Source: a virus | Taxonomy: Duplodnaviria > Caudoviricetes | Virus record (IMG/VR): IMGVR_UViG_3300048856_000112 | Coordinates: 1 to 37,748 of that record | Strand: one strand, 5' to 3' | Length of the DNA: 37,748 bases | Made by a program: the position numbers and the translations under genes | The notes under the pieces: generated by a model | Databases searched by the model: none | What the model was told of the DNA's origin: nothing | Seen by the model: only the letters and a program-made list of their open reading frames with translations | Shown: piece by piece, positions 25,201 through 34,600 of the stretch | Layout: every line of letters starts with the position of its first letter | Numbering within the stretch: position 1 is the first letter of the stretch

Positions 25201-27612
25201 CGGGAGCTGGCCGCCTACCGGGCGCGTCAGAATGCCACCGCATCCGGCGCCAAGGATGAGGGGGAGATCGCCAAGGCCGAACAGCTGGCGCGGCAGACGG
25301 TGGATACGAACCGCCAGATCACGCAGATGCGCAACTCGTGGGACGAGGTGGCCCGCGTCGGTGAGCAAGCCTTCGACAGGATCGGCGGGGCGATTACCGA
25401 GGCCTTCGCCAACGGCTCCCTGAAGGCAGTGGACTTCAAGAACGTTGCCAAGGCTGCTCTGAGTGAGGTGCTGCAGGCAGCGCTGCGCCTGTCCGTCATC
25501 AACCCCGTGCTCAACGGCCTATTCGGCGGCACCCGTGGCACGCTGGGTGGCATCGGCGCCGTCATGTCGGGCGGCGGCGGTGACCTCGCCATCACCAACG
25601 ACAGTGGCGGCATCGTTGGCTACGTCCAGCAGGGCGCGCAGGCCTATTCTGCCTACAGCAAGCTGAGCGGCATCAACCCGACCAGCTACATCAATGCCAG
25701 CACGCCCATCAACACGGGCTTCAGCTGGCTCGACGGCGCACTGAATACGCCGGTGGGCGGGGCCTATAGTGGCATCAATGCCGGCGGAGCGGTCACCAAC
25801 TCGGCGGGCTACGGCTCGATGGCGCAGAATGCCATTGATGCTGGCGGCAGCCCCGTCGCTGCGGGCGCTGGATGGGGCACGTATGGCGGCTATGCCATGG
25901 GCGTGGCAGGTATCGCTGGCGGCCTCTACAGCGCCTACACCGGGGTGCAGCGCGGCGGCGTGGGCGGCTACACCCAGGCTGCCGGCGGCGCAGCCACCGC
26001 CGGCCTGTCGGCGGCGGCGATGTATGGCATGTCGGTGCCTGTCTACGGCTGGATCGCGGCCGCAGCGTTGCTCGTCTTGGGCGCCCTGCTGCCGGGTCAG
26101 AAGCCGTCCGACCGTACCGGCACCGCGACCTACTACACCAACGACCCAAGCAACCCCGTGGTCGGCGGCCTGAATGGCGATCGCTTCTCTCAGGAAAACC
26201 GCGACCAGGCGCTGGCTATCGGAGGCCAGTTGCTGGCGGTTGCCCAGAAGGTTGCGGATGTTACCTCGGTGCCAAACAACCGCGTCGAGACGGCTTACCG
26301 GGTGGCGGTTGGCGCGAGGGACGGATTGAATGTCTATTTTGGCGAGGACAAGCTGCATGGCTCGATGGACGAAGAGGGGGTGACCGCGGTCACCCGTGCC
26401 TTCGTCCAGCGCATCCTGCTGCAAGCGGCCGAGCAGACCACCGACCCCAATATCCGGTCGGTGATCAACCGCTCGGGGGTTGATGATTCCGACAAGACCT
26501 TGGCCAACTTGTCTTGGTACAACAACGACTACAAGAACATGATTGCCGCGAGCCAGACCCCGGTTCCGGCCTTCGTGCAGCAGATCAATGCTCTGGTCGC
26601 GCCGATCGAAGAGGCGAAGACCAAAGCGCGCGAGCTGGGGATCGCCGAGGACGATCTCAACGCGGTGAGGGCTACGGCGGTGCAGACGCTGATTGACCAG
26701 CGGAGTGCGACGCTCGCCGCCATCACTGCCAGCGACACGCAGCGCCAGGCTGCGGCCTCCGGCGTGTCCGAGATCGTGTTGCGGCTCCAGAACTTCAACA
26801 CCGCCGCGCAGGCTGAGGTGCGGGCGCTGGATGACCAGTTGCGTGACCTCGACATCCAGCCGGAGGCACGGGGCACCTTCACTGCCGACCGCTGGCGCAC
26901 CCTGGACGCCGAGTATCAGGCCCTGACGCGGCAGCGCGACATGGCTGTGACGGCCAACTCGAACAGCCTGTGGGACCGTTTCCAAGCCGCCAGTGGCAAT
27001 GGCGAGACTCTGGAGGGCGCGTTGTGGGATTACGACCGCCACGCGCTGGCCGAATGGACCCAAGCTGCGGCAGACGGCATCACCGATCTGACACTGCTGC
27101 AGCGGGTGCAGACGGAAGAGCGGCTGGCGATCGAGCGGCGCTTCGCCCAGGAAGCTACGGCTCTCGACGCGCAGCGCCGGGAGCAGGCTGAGCAGAGTGT
27201 GGTGAGTACGCTGGGCGGGATCACACAGTTCGTCCAGAGCCTGCAATTCGGCGATGCATCCAGCCTGTCACCGGATGCGCAACTGCGGCTGGCCAATAGC
27301 CAGTTCGATATCCTGTCCACGCGGGCGCTGTCCGGGGACTACGACGCCGTTACCCAGATTACCGGCGCGGCTGGGAACCTGCTGAACGCGGGCCGCGATG
27401 TCTACGCCAGCAGCCCGGGATATGCCGATCTGGAGCGGAGGGTTGTGGGCGTGTTGGAAGGCATTGCGAACATCTCGACGGACACCCTGACCAACAGCTC
27501 CATGGCCAGCATTGCCCAGAATCTTGGGGACCGGCTCTTGAGCGCGAACAACGATCTGAAGTCGGAAATTCGCCTGATGCGGAAGGCGATTGAAGGAATA
27601 CTTCCGCCATGA
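22234..27612 (+). CDS. Tape measure protein with internal lytic transglycosylase (SLT) domain
   Basis: Ala-rich helical 1792-aa ORF; TMP_2-like NLSYQLQDFVVQVGSGQ; SLT motifs GVDAEILARI..GERS, SPKGAQGPFQFLPGT, LGAYNAGP, ETAQYI; Gly-rich hydrophobic segment. Confidence 0.95.
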   Translation: MASVSQVTEAVFTSRFEDQTTAGATAAARSLDSLGNAVEAVDERLTRTTKTAATWVRQNDLVTQAADRLARAERDAERAQKALAEEFLAGGARAEAAARAMEGLNAKVETAKSRVEALRQAHADSRKDMDGVSEAAGLLSQRMDALATASQRASAAQASYNQMLGVRVSDADAYARRAADIAAYGTELDRLRAKFNPLYAASKQYEAVLEEIAQAERMGAITSREAQLAHERATAAFAAANAPLRGVATASGTARDAVKLQAHEWTNLSYQLQDFVVQVGSGQGVFRPLLQQAPQATGAVGGVSRAVQLVTQFFTPFRLAMVAATAASATVALSYNSQEAALATMQTRLRGVTADYEAMGRRAEAAAKAAVLVTPGLSIETARSAQIAFARAAPRGSGLDFGALTAQAADFAATMGTDVSAAVDRFAAAMRDPVALVDDLRSQGFPGMNEQLRLTTQRMVEGGQRGDAFALVIGRISEQTKGAAEAGLSPFGGAMDALSRRLKSLGQEIGDFLAEPGRQFAEWLTKRLGKTSEGGVFDPSLGSTTGIGRLTGWEPWGGSRPPGYSAANEMVREEPIRNAISAASAATGVDAEILARIYSLGERSRPNADGSWPVSPKGAQGPFQFLPGTFAEVAQRYGIQGTPTDPNAAALAAAYYFRENYQKFGDVDLTLGAYNAGPRRMEQVLAGQAALPNETAQYIRRAGAGYNGTPLGAPAQASPSQPVPVVLVNRPNGFDASGADASSMARRDQSAQTVDRALSMARGAAPVPGQDGTLAVQRAGLEEAIALAERAKQATAGNAEVQDRLTAAQERWRATLDGLKGPQEEVLRGLSRAAQSANEYDPAQRAVNEAIREYEDRMRAAGQIPTDEGRSQVRAQKLKELGAAYVGASRDAQRSIQGQDRLAEAWGQGREAVQRLAAEEKAREVVRASGIQGDEAQRAKVRELADEYERLTEKQADNALRASNDTAQRNLDYLEKERELVGATADERERELAAYRARQNATASGAKDEGEIAKAEQLARQTVDTNRQITQMRNSWDEVARVGEQAFDRIGGAITEAFANGSLKAVDFKNVAKAALSEVLQAALRLSVINPVLNGLFGGTRGTLGGIGAVMSGGGGDLAITNDSGGIVGYVQQGAQAYSAYSKLSGINPTSYINASTPINTGFSWLDGALNTPVGGAYSGINAGGAVTNSAGYGSMAQNAIDAGGSPVAAGAGWGTYGGYAMGVAGIAGGLYSAYTGVQRGGVGGYTQAAGGAATAGLSAAAMYGMSVPVYGWIAAAALLVLGALLPGQKPSDRTGTATYYTNDPSNPVVGGLNGDRFSQENRDQALAIGGQLLAVAQKVADVTSVPNNRVETAYRVAVGARDGLNVYFGEDKLHGSMDEEGVTAVTRAFVQRILLQAAEQTTDPNIRSVINRSGVDDSDKTLANLSWYNNDYKNMIAASQTPVPAFVQQINALVAPIEEAKTKARELGIAEDDLNAVRATAVQTLIDQRSATLAAITASDTQRQAAASGVSEIVLRLQNFNTAAQAEVRALDDQLRDLDIQPEARGTFTADRWRTLDAEYQALTRQRDMAVTANSNSLWDRFQAASGNGETLEGALWDYDRHALAEWTQAAADGITDLTLLQRVQTEERLAIERRFAQEATALDAQRREQAEQSVVSTLGGITQFVQSLQFGDASSLSPDAQLRLANSQFDILSTRALSGDYDAVTQITGAAGNLLNAGRDVYASSPGYADLERRVVGVLEGIANISTDTLTNSSMASIAQNLGDRLLSANNDLKSEIRLMRKAIEGILPP

Positions 27613-29288
27613 CCGGGTTCCTGATCCCCGGCGCGACAGCGCCCGGCACCGCGCCAGGCGGGGCGGATTACTACCCCAGCGAGTTCGCGGTGTGGGACTT
27701 GCCGGATCTGCCGGACGAATGGCTGATCGAGCTGGGCACGGCGCCGGTGCCGTCCAGCGTGCAGGCTCCGTCTCCGGCAACGCCCGGAGCCTGGGCCATG
27801 GGTGCGGCGCCGGACAGTGCCGCCACCACGGGTGAGATCGCGGGGACGGTGCTGCGGCTCAGCCTGCGTGGCTGGATCGGGGAGCCATCGGACGATCAGA
27901 TGGCCAACGTGGCCTATCCCAATCGCCTGGTGGAGCCGCCTACGCTGGTCCGCTCCATCCGCGTGCTGCCGGAGGACAGTGCCCGTCTGACATTCCAAAG
28001 CGGGGAACTGTCCCTCGACAATGCGGATGGTGGCCTGGACATGCTGGGCGGCGACTGGAGCATGGCTGGTCGCCCGGCGGTGTTGCGCCGTGGGCCGCAC
28101 CGAACGCCGATCCGGGCCCGCTTCGGTGAGTTCGGCCGGGTCGCGGATCTGCGCATCACCTCGGCGGCGCTGACCAGTGGCGACCGGCTGACGCTGGGAC
28201 TGCGTGAGGCTGCCACCGATCTCTCGGTGCCGGTGTGCCAGACATACGCCGGTAGCGGCGGCCTGGAGGGCGACGCGAGCCTGCGCGGCCAACAGCGCCC
28301 CCTCCTGCTGGGGATCAAGCGCCAGATCCAGCTGCAGCTGCTGCTGTCATCCTCGCTGGTCTGGCAGGTGGCGGCCGGCCCGTTGTTGGAGGTGTTTGGG
28401 GTGCGCGATCAGGGTGCCGACCTCACCTTGGCCGGCGATCATCCGAATCTGGCGGCGCTGCTCGGCGCGACCGTCCCGCCGGGCAGCTACGCAACCTGCT
28501 TGGCACTCGGGCTGGTGCGCACGGGGCGCAAGCCGTTCGGCATGCTGACCGCCGATGCCCAGGCGGCCGGAGATGGCTCGCACAATGGCGTCGGCCTCTC
28601 GTTGCTGCGCGGCCCCGGTGGGCTGCCCGAGGACCGCATCGTGGCCTCCAGCTTCGCCTCGCTGCCCGGTGGGCTGGCGGGGTGGATCTGGACCGGTGGC
28701 ACCGTGGCCGCTGCGCTCGATGAGGTGCTGCGATCCTGCGGCGGTTGGTGGGGATCGGATCGGCTGGGCCGCATTGTCGCGGGTCGGTTGGCGAGGCCGG
28801 ACCTGATGGCACCCCGCATCACGCTGGAGCGGTGGATGCTAACCGCAGAGCCTAGCGAGGAGCGGGGGGCGGTGCCGCGCTACCGTCAGCGGGTCGCCTA
28901 CCGGCGGTTGGCGACGGTGCAGAGCGCCACGGACCTGGTTGCCATTGCCGCCGACAACCCGGCGCTGGTGGCAGCCTATGGGACGGCAGAGCGGGTGGCA
29001 TCGGCCTACAGCGCCGCCACCTATGACGGCTACCCATCCGCGACAGACCCTGACCCGCTGCCCTCCGGCTACGACGCTGAAGGGGACGCGCAGACCCTGG
29101 CGGACGAATTGCTGGCACTGCACGGCGTGCGGCGGCGGCGCTGGCGTGTGCAGGTCGGCAAATGGGGTCACCTGGTCGAATTGGGCGATGTGGTGGCGGT
29201 CGATCACCCACGTCTGGCGGGGCGAAGCTGGGTGGCGGTTGCCTCGGATGAAGTGGGCGATGCCAAGACGCTGACGCTGTGGGGATGA
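27609..29288 (+). CDS. Tail tip/hub-like structural protein
   Basis: ATGA overlap with TMP; GELSLDNADGGLD, YAGSGGLEG...RPLLLG, VRDQG and ELGDVV motifs seen in siphovirus tail-tip proteins. Confidence 0.75.
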   Translation: MTGFLIPGATAPGTAPGGADYYPSEFAVWDLPDLPDEWLIELGTAPVPSSVQAPSPATPGAWAMGAAPDSAATTGEIAGTVLRLSLRGWIGEPSDDQMANVAYPNRLVEPPTLVRSIRVLPEDSARLTFQSGELSLDNADGGLDMLGGDWSMAGRPAVLRRGPHRTPIRARFGEFGRVADLRITSAALTSGDRLTLGLREAATDLSVPVCQTYAGSGGLEGDASLRGQQRPLLLGIKRQIQLQLLLSSSLVWQVAAGPLLEVFGVRDQGADLTLAGDHPNLAALLGATVPPGSYATCLALGLVRTGRKPFGMLTADAQAAGDGSHNGVGLSLLRGPGGLPEDRIVASSFASLPGGLAGWIWTGGTVAAALDEVLRSCGGWWGSDRLGRIVAGRLARPDLMAPRITLERWMLTAEPSEERGAVPRYRQRVAYRRLATVQSATDLVAIAADNPALVAAYGTAERVASAYSAATYDGYPSATDPDPLPSGYDAEGDAQTLADELLALHGVRRRRWRVQVGKWGHLVELGDVVAVDHPRLAGRSWVAVASDEVGDAKTLTLWG

Positions 29289-29314
29289 CATTGGAACAGC
29301 AGGAGGGCCGCTAG

Positions 29315-30100
29315 ATGGCCGAACAGGTCTATTTGCTCGACCGCGTGAGGGTGGCCACGACGACCGGCGGGACGGGTGCGCTGGTTGTGGGGGCCTCGCC
29401 ACAAGGATGGCTTTCTCCTGCGGCCGGAGGCGCCGTCTCCGGGCGCTCCTACACCTGGATTTGCGAGAGCGAAGACGGCGCGAACTGGGAAGAGTTCGAG
29501 GGCGTCTATACCGCAGGCTCCCCCGCCACGATCAGCCGGGATCTGATCTTCCGAAACGCCGCCGGCACACAGGGGGCGGTCAATTGGGCGGCAGGCGTCA
29601 CCAAGCGGATCACCTGCGTCGCGGTATCGCCACGGCTGCCCTACCTCGGCAAAGACGGCTTGCTGCCGAACGCCATGATGTCGCAGGCGCTGATCTGCCA
29701 ATTGGCTTCGACCGTGGCACGCTCCATTCCCAACGCCACTTCGACCACCTTCAACTTCGATACATTGGGCGCCAACTCGTTGGGCGGCGCTTCTGGCCCT
29801 TCTGGTTCATACAACGGCGTCGTTCTGCCGATCGGCGGTGCCTACTCAGTTGAGGCCAACGTGCTCTTCGCCAGCAACGGGGTCGGCGTGCGGTCCTTGT
29901 CCTTGGTCATCAACAACACGCTCGCTCTCGCAGTGGATCAGAAGGTCGCCGCTGGGCTCGGCCAGGTGCCATTGCGAGGTTCCTGGCGGGGCGGGTTAAA
30001 TCCTGGCGACACGCTGACCATGCAGGTGGGGCAGGACAGTGGGGCCGCGCTCGTGGCCGGCGGCACTCTCGCGACGAACCTGACGGTGGTGAGGCTCTGA
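29315..30100 (+). CDS. Short tail fibre/receptor-binding protein with C1q/TNF-like C-terminus
   Basis: N-terminal DRVRVATTTGGTG attachment motif and WEEFEGVY; beta-rich C-terminus (FNFDT...GGAYSVEANV...LNPGDTLTMQV). Confidence 0.7.
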   Translation: MAEQVYLLDRVRVATTTGGTGALVVGASPQGWLSPAAGGAVSGRSYTWICESEDGANWEEFEGVYTAGSPATISRDLIFRNAAGTQGAVNWAAGVTKRITCVAVSPRLPYLGKDGLLPNAMMSQALICQLASTVARSIPNATSTTFNFDTLGANSLGGASGPSGSYNGVVLPIGGAYSVEANVLFASNGVGVRSLSLVINNTLALAVDQKVAAGLGQVPLRGSWRGGLNPGDTLTMQVGQDSGAALVAGGTLATNLTVVRL

Positions 30101-30360
30101 TGGCGTGGATCGAAGTGCCCCCTGAAGCGGACCTGGTCCGCATCGCCACCATGGCTGGCGCACCTGAGTCGGAGCGGCGCCGCTATGAGGACGGCCGGCT
30201 CTATGTCGAGGGCGTCGAACAGGAGGCCCTGAGCGCGGCCCTGCGGGCTGTAGGCACCGCCCCGCTTGTGGCGCCGGCTGAACCGAGCTTGGAGGATCTG
30301 CGGGCGCAGCTCTCTGCGTTGCAGGCCAAGATCGAGGCCCGTCTGTCCGGGGAGGGCTGA
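30100..30360 (+). CDS. Small fibre-associated chaperone-like protein
   Basis: TGATG overlap with the fibre gene; C-terminal PSLEDLRAQLSALQAKI coil. Confidence 0.65.
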   Translation: MAWIEVPPEADLVRIATMAGAPESERRRYEDGRLYVEGVEQEALSAALRAVGTAPLVAPAEPSLEDLRAQLSALQAKIEARLSGEG

Positions 30361-30362
30361 CA

Positions 30363-31178
30363 ATGCCAGCCCTGATCTCGGCGCTGAACCTGGCGGAATC
30401 GCCCGGCGTCTCCATCGCCACAGACTCGGAAGTTGCTGGACTGGGCGTGCGGGCGCTCCTGACCCCCATACTGGGCGAGGTGTGGCGTACCGGATCGGCC
30501 CCGGTGCGCAGGCTCTGGATCGATCTCGGCGCCCAGCAATGGGTCAGGACCATCGCCTTGTTTGCGCCACGCAACGGCATCCTTCCGGAGGATGGCGCCA
30601 AGATTGACCTCTCCATCTCGGCCATCGCACGGGACGGGGACGAGCTGGGCAAGGCTGGTGACTTGCTGGTGGTGGATCACATGGGGCGGATCACGACCAC
30701 CGGACAGGGCGCGGATTTTGTCGTGCGCGGCGAAGTGCTGTTCCGTCTGCCGAGGGGGCTTTGGTGTTGGGTCCTGGATGAGCCGACACAGCTGCGATAC
30801 ATCCAGGTCGTCATCACCTCTGCCCAGCCCTACCTGCAGTTCAGCCGGCTCTGGGTTGGGCCGGCCGTATTGCCGGCCTTCAGCGCGTCGCCGGATGGCT
30901 ACACCCCTTCCAGCACCGAGGACACGTCGCAAATGCCCCGGCGCGGAATCCGCTTCCGGCTGGCGTCGCTGAGCGAGGATGAGGCTGACGCGCTGGAAAC
31001 GATCGGCCTGGATGCCGGACTGCATCGCCAGGTGTTCGTGGTTCCCCGCACCGAGCGCGCGGACCGAACCGGTTTCTTCGGCCGATTTACCACCATTCCG
31101 AGCCCGACTCCCCTGCAGGCCTTCAACGGTCGCGGGCGCATCTACGCCGCCGACATTGCCGCACAGGAGGATCGCTGA
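30363..31178 (+). CDS. Tail structural protein (distal-tail-like)
   Basis: WRT, LWIDLG, LRYIQV.I, YLQFSRLWVG and QVFVVP motifs; operon context. Confidence 0.7.
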   Translation: MPALISALNLAESPGVSIATDSEVAGLGVRALLTPILGEVWRTGSAPVRRLWIDLGAQQWVRTIALFAPRNGILPEDGAKIDLSISAIARDGDELGKAGDLLVVDHMGRITTTGQGADFVVRGEVLFRLPRGLWCWVLDEPTQLRYIQVVITSAQPYLQFSRLWVGPAVLPAFSASPDGYTPSSTEDTSQMPRRGIRFRLASLSEDEADALETIGLDAGLHRQVFVVPRTERADRTGFFGRFTTIPSPTPLQAFNGRGRIYAADIAAQEDR

Positions 31179-31621
31179 TGAGCGCGACGCTCCCTGTTGA
31201 GATCACCGCTGGTGTCACGGTTGGCCGCCGGAAAGTCGGATCTCTCAAGCGGATCTATGCCGGCACCAGCCTGCGTGTGATCGCGACATTCCGCGACAGC
31301 GAGACCGGGCAGCCGGTCGATGTGTCGTCGTTGTCCTTCCTGGTGCGAGACCCGACCGGTGATGAGATCGTTGTGCAATCCGACGCCATCGCAAACCTCG
31401 GCCTGGGTGTCTTCGCCATCGCCTTGGCGCTGGAAGTTGCCGGGACCTGGACTGTGGTAGCGCGCTGTTCTCTTCCCTCGCATGCCGTGGCGGTCACATC
31501 CTTCGATGTCACGGCCCTGCCTGCGGGAAGTCCCCCGTCTGCTGTCGAGTACATGACCACGGCCGATGGCCGTTTTGTGTACATGACCGCGGACGGCTCC
31601 CTGATCGTCAAGCCGGCCTAA
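31178..31621 (+). CDS. Ig-like/BppU-like tail adaptor hypothetical protein
   Basis: TGATG overlap; beta-rich (FRDSETGQPVD, AGTWTV); C-terminal YMT(T)ADG duplication. Confidence 0.6.
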   Translation: MSATLPVEITAGVTVGRRKVGSLKRIYAGTSLRVIATFRDSETGQPVDVSSLSFLVRDPTGDEIVVQSDAIANLGLGVFAIALALEVAGTWTVVARCSLPSHAVAVTSFDVTALPAGSPPSAVEYMTTADGRFVYMTADGSLIVKPA

Positions 31622-31699
31622 CAGCCTCTCAGCACCGCTGAGCCTTCCCATCGTGCGGCAGCAATGCCGGGCGCGATCCCCTATGCACGGAGCCATCAC

Positions 31700-34600
31700 A
31701 TGAGCGGTAGCACCCGCGTTGTACTGAATGACGCTGTTTTCCGCGCGGCCATTCCCGAGACCGCAGCGAAGCTGGACTCGGTAGGCCAGAACGCAAATCG
31801 TGCCGAGGCGGCGGCGGATCGGGCGGAGCAAGCGGCCAACAACGCGGGCGGCTCGGGGCCGGTTGACCCTGCTGCTATCATCACGGCGGGCAAGGAGCAG
31901 ATCCGCCAGATCGTGCGGGAGTACCTGGTAGAACTGGGCCTTATCCAGGACGGTGGCACGCCTGGGGTCACCCTGCCGGCACTGACCATCACCCCGGCCA
32001 CCGGCGTTGCGGCGGATGCGCCGGCCGGCACGCTGCTGGGCACGGTCAACGTGGCCACGCCCTCTGGCGCCACACGCGCGCTGATCCTCGGCGGACCTGG
32101 TGCCATCATGGACCCCAACGACGCGACGGGGCGCCGCATCATCCGCAGCAGCAGCGGCACCGTCACGGCCGGCACGTTGAACCTGAGCGTGCGCGACACG
32201 CACCCGAATGCGACCAACAGCCCGCAGACGGCATCCGCTGGGGTCACCATCGCAGCGGCGGGCGGCGGCACGCCCACGATCACAAAGCCGACCTTCAACC
32301 CGGCCTCCGGCACCTTCCCGCTGGATGCGGCGGCAAGCCTCAAGCTGGCAGACATCCTGCCCGCGACCCCGGCAGCTGGCATCACGCGCACCGCCTCCGG
32401 CACGCTGACCACAGACAACGGGAAGGCGCAGGTGTTGCGCGGCCTGACCAGCGCCACCGAAGGCCAGTCCCTCACGCTGACTGTGCGCGACGCGCTGACC
32501 AGCAACCCGGCGATCTACGAGGAAACCACCTTCACGGCCACCGCGCAGCAGGCCTATGTGCCGCCGGCTGGGGCCTTCGAGTATACCGCCCTTGCCAAGC
32601 CCACTGTGGGCAGCGAGGCCGGCGTTACCTATGTGCCGCAGATGCAGGTTCGCAGCGCGGCGGGCGAACTCCAGGGCTTTGCCTTCAATGCGGGTTCCTC
32701 CGCGCTGGCGGCGCGCTATGGCTGCTTCGCGCTGACCCTGGAGCGCGGGCTCCTGCTGCCCACCGAATACGTCGAGTATGTCCGCGAGGACAACGGCACG
32801 GTGGTGCCGGCGCAGATGGCGGTGCTGCGGAAGTGGCCCGATGGCTCCGCGAAGCATGTCCGCCTAGCCTGTATGCATCCGGCACTGACGGCCGGGCAGA
32901 CGATCCGGGCCATGCTGCGCAAGGCCAGCGTCGCGCCCAGTGGTGCGGTGGTGACGCACGCCGGCCTCTCCAGCAGCCCCTTTACCGGCTCCATCCAGGT
33001 CAAGGGCCACTATGCCGCCAACAGCAACACGCTGGTGGCCATGTCCGGCACCTATGACATCGGCGTCTCGACCATCGTCGCCAATGCCACGGCCGGCTCG
33101 TATTGGATGCAGGGGCCGATCTGCACCGAGCGGCGTTACATCCTCGACATGCCGGAGGCGCTGCGCCTCATCGTCGATATCCGCGTCTATGCGGACGGTT
33201 CGCATGAGGTGGACTACCAGCCGGCGGCCGATAAGCAGCGGTGGGCCAACGCGGGCGGCTGGTGCTCCTGGCAACTCGGCATCACCATTGCGCAGGGCGG
33301 AACCAACGTCCTGAACCTGCCGACGCAGCGCATCGGCATCGCGCAGGTCGGGCGCAAGCTGGTGGCTTCCGCGCTGTCGGCGGCCACGAATGCGCTCAAT
33401 GATCCGCCGGTGCATAACGTGCAGGTGGACGCGCCGCTCTACACGCAGATGGGCGTCTTCCCGATCTACAACTACGGGCTCGGCGTCAAAGGCACCATGG
33501 CGGCGGATGTCGCAGCGCGGATGACTGGCTATTCCGGCTGGCGCTCCATGCTGAACAACAACGGCGTGCGCAAGGATATGGGCGCCGTGGCGGCGCGTAT
33601 GGATATCGGCATCGTCCCGGGCTGGCACGCGGAATGGTGCATGACGCAGGCGGAGCCCTGCCGCCGCTCCATGATCGCAACGGGCGAGGTGGCCGGCGCC
33701 ACGAAGATCAATGCCTGGGACATCACCAGCAATACCCGGCTGAATATCTTCAGCGACAAGGGCGGCTACCCGGGGATGTGGTTCGACTACCGGGGCAATG
33801 ATGACGGCTCCAACCCGTCGAACATCACCACGCCCGATAGCTGGGACGGCTGGGAATACGACACTGGCCACACGCCGATGCTGCCTTACCTGCCCTATGT
33901 CGCGACAGGTGACCGCTTCTTCTATGACCGCTTTGAAGCGCTCGTCATGGCGACGCTGCTTTACACCTATCCGCCAGGCCGCCGCGCCTACATCGAGGGC
34001 GGCTTGGATTGGTGCGTGATGCAGAACAACCAGCCCCGCGAGGCGGGGTGGAACGCGCGCGATCTCGGCTATGGAGCGATGATGCTGCCGGACGTGTCGC
34101 CCTTCCAGGCGCGTATCCTGGAGGTGGTGGACTACACGTTCCAGGTTCTGCTGGACCGCTCGGCGGCGTGGGCAGCGGCGCAGGGCCAGTGCAAGGGCTG
34201 GCTGCCCAACACCAACCCTTACGACTCCTCGGTGCTCAAGCACTGGATGCAGGACCACGTGGCCGCCGGCACGGCCATCTGTTTCCAGGGCGGTTCCTTG
34301 AAGGCCGCCGCGTTCATGGATTGGGCGCGCAACTACATGGTCGGCCGGTTCATGCAAGACGCCAACGGCATGAGCCACAAGAAGGCGTGCTGGTTCCTGG
34401 CGGCCATCGGCAACAGCCATGACATCCTGGCCACTCCGCCCACCGTGACGACCTGGGCGCAGATGGATGCGGCATCGCACACCGATAGCGACGCTGCGCC
34501 GGTGAACGGCTTTGACGGCGGCGGCAACTACAACCAGTTGGGCCTGCGCACGCTGGCCTATTACGCCATGCTGCGCGGCGACGATCAGGCCAGGGCCATG

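Noticed and set aside
22693-25368. 891-aa minus-strand ORF (also 25519-27246)
   Set aside because: Shadow of the tape measure gene; Arg/Gly/Leu-rich with no domain signal.
11856-31621. Gene transfer agent cluster
   Set aside because: Integrase, immunity switch, replication genes, HNH/P27 cos-type packaging and a very long TMP indicate a genuine prophage; RcGTA-type tail-tip genes are not recognisable.
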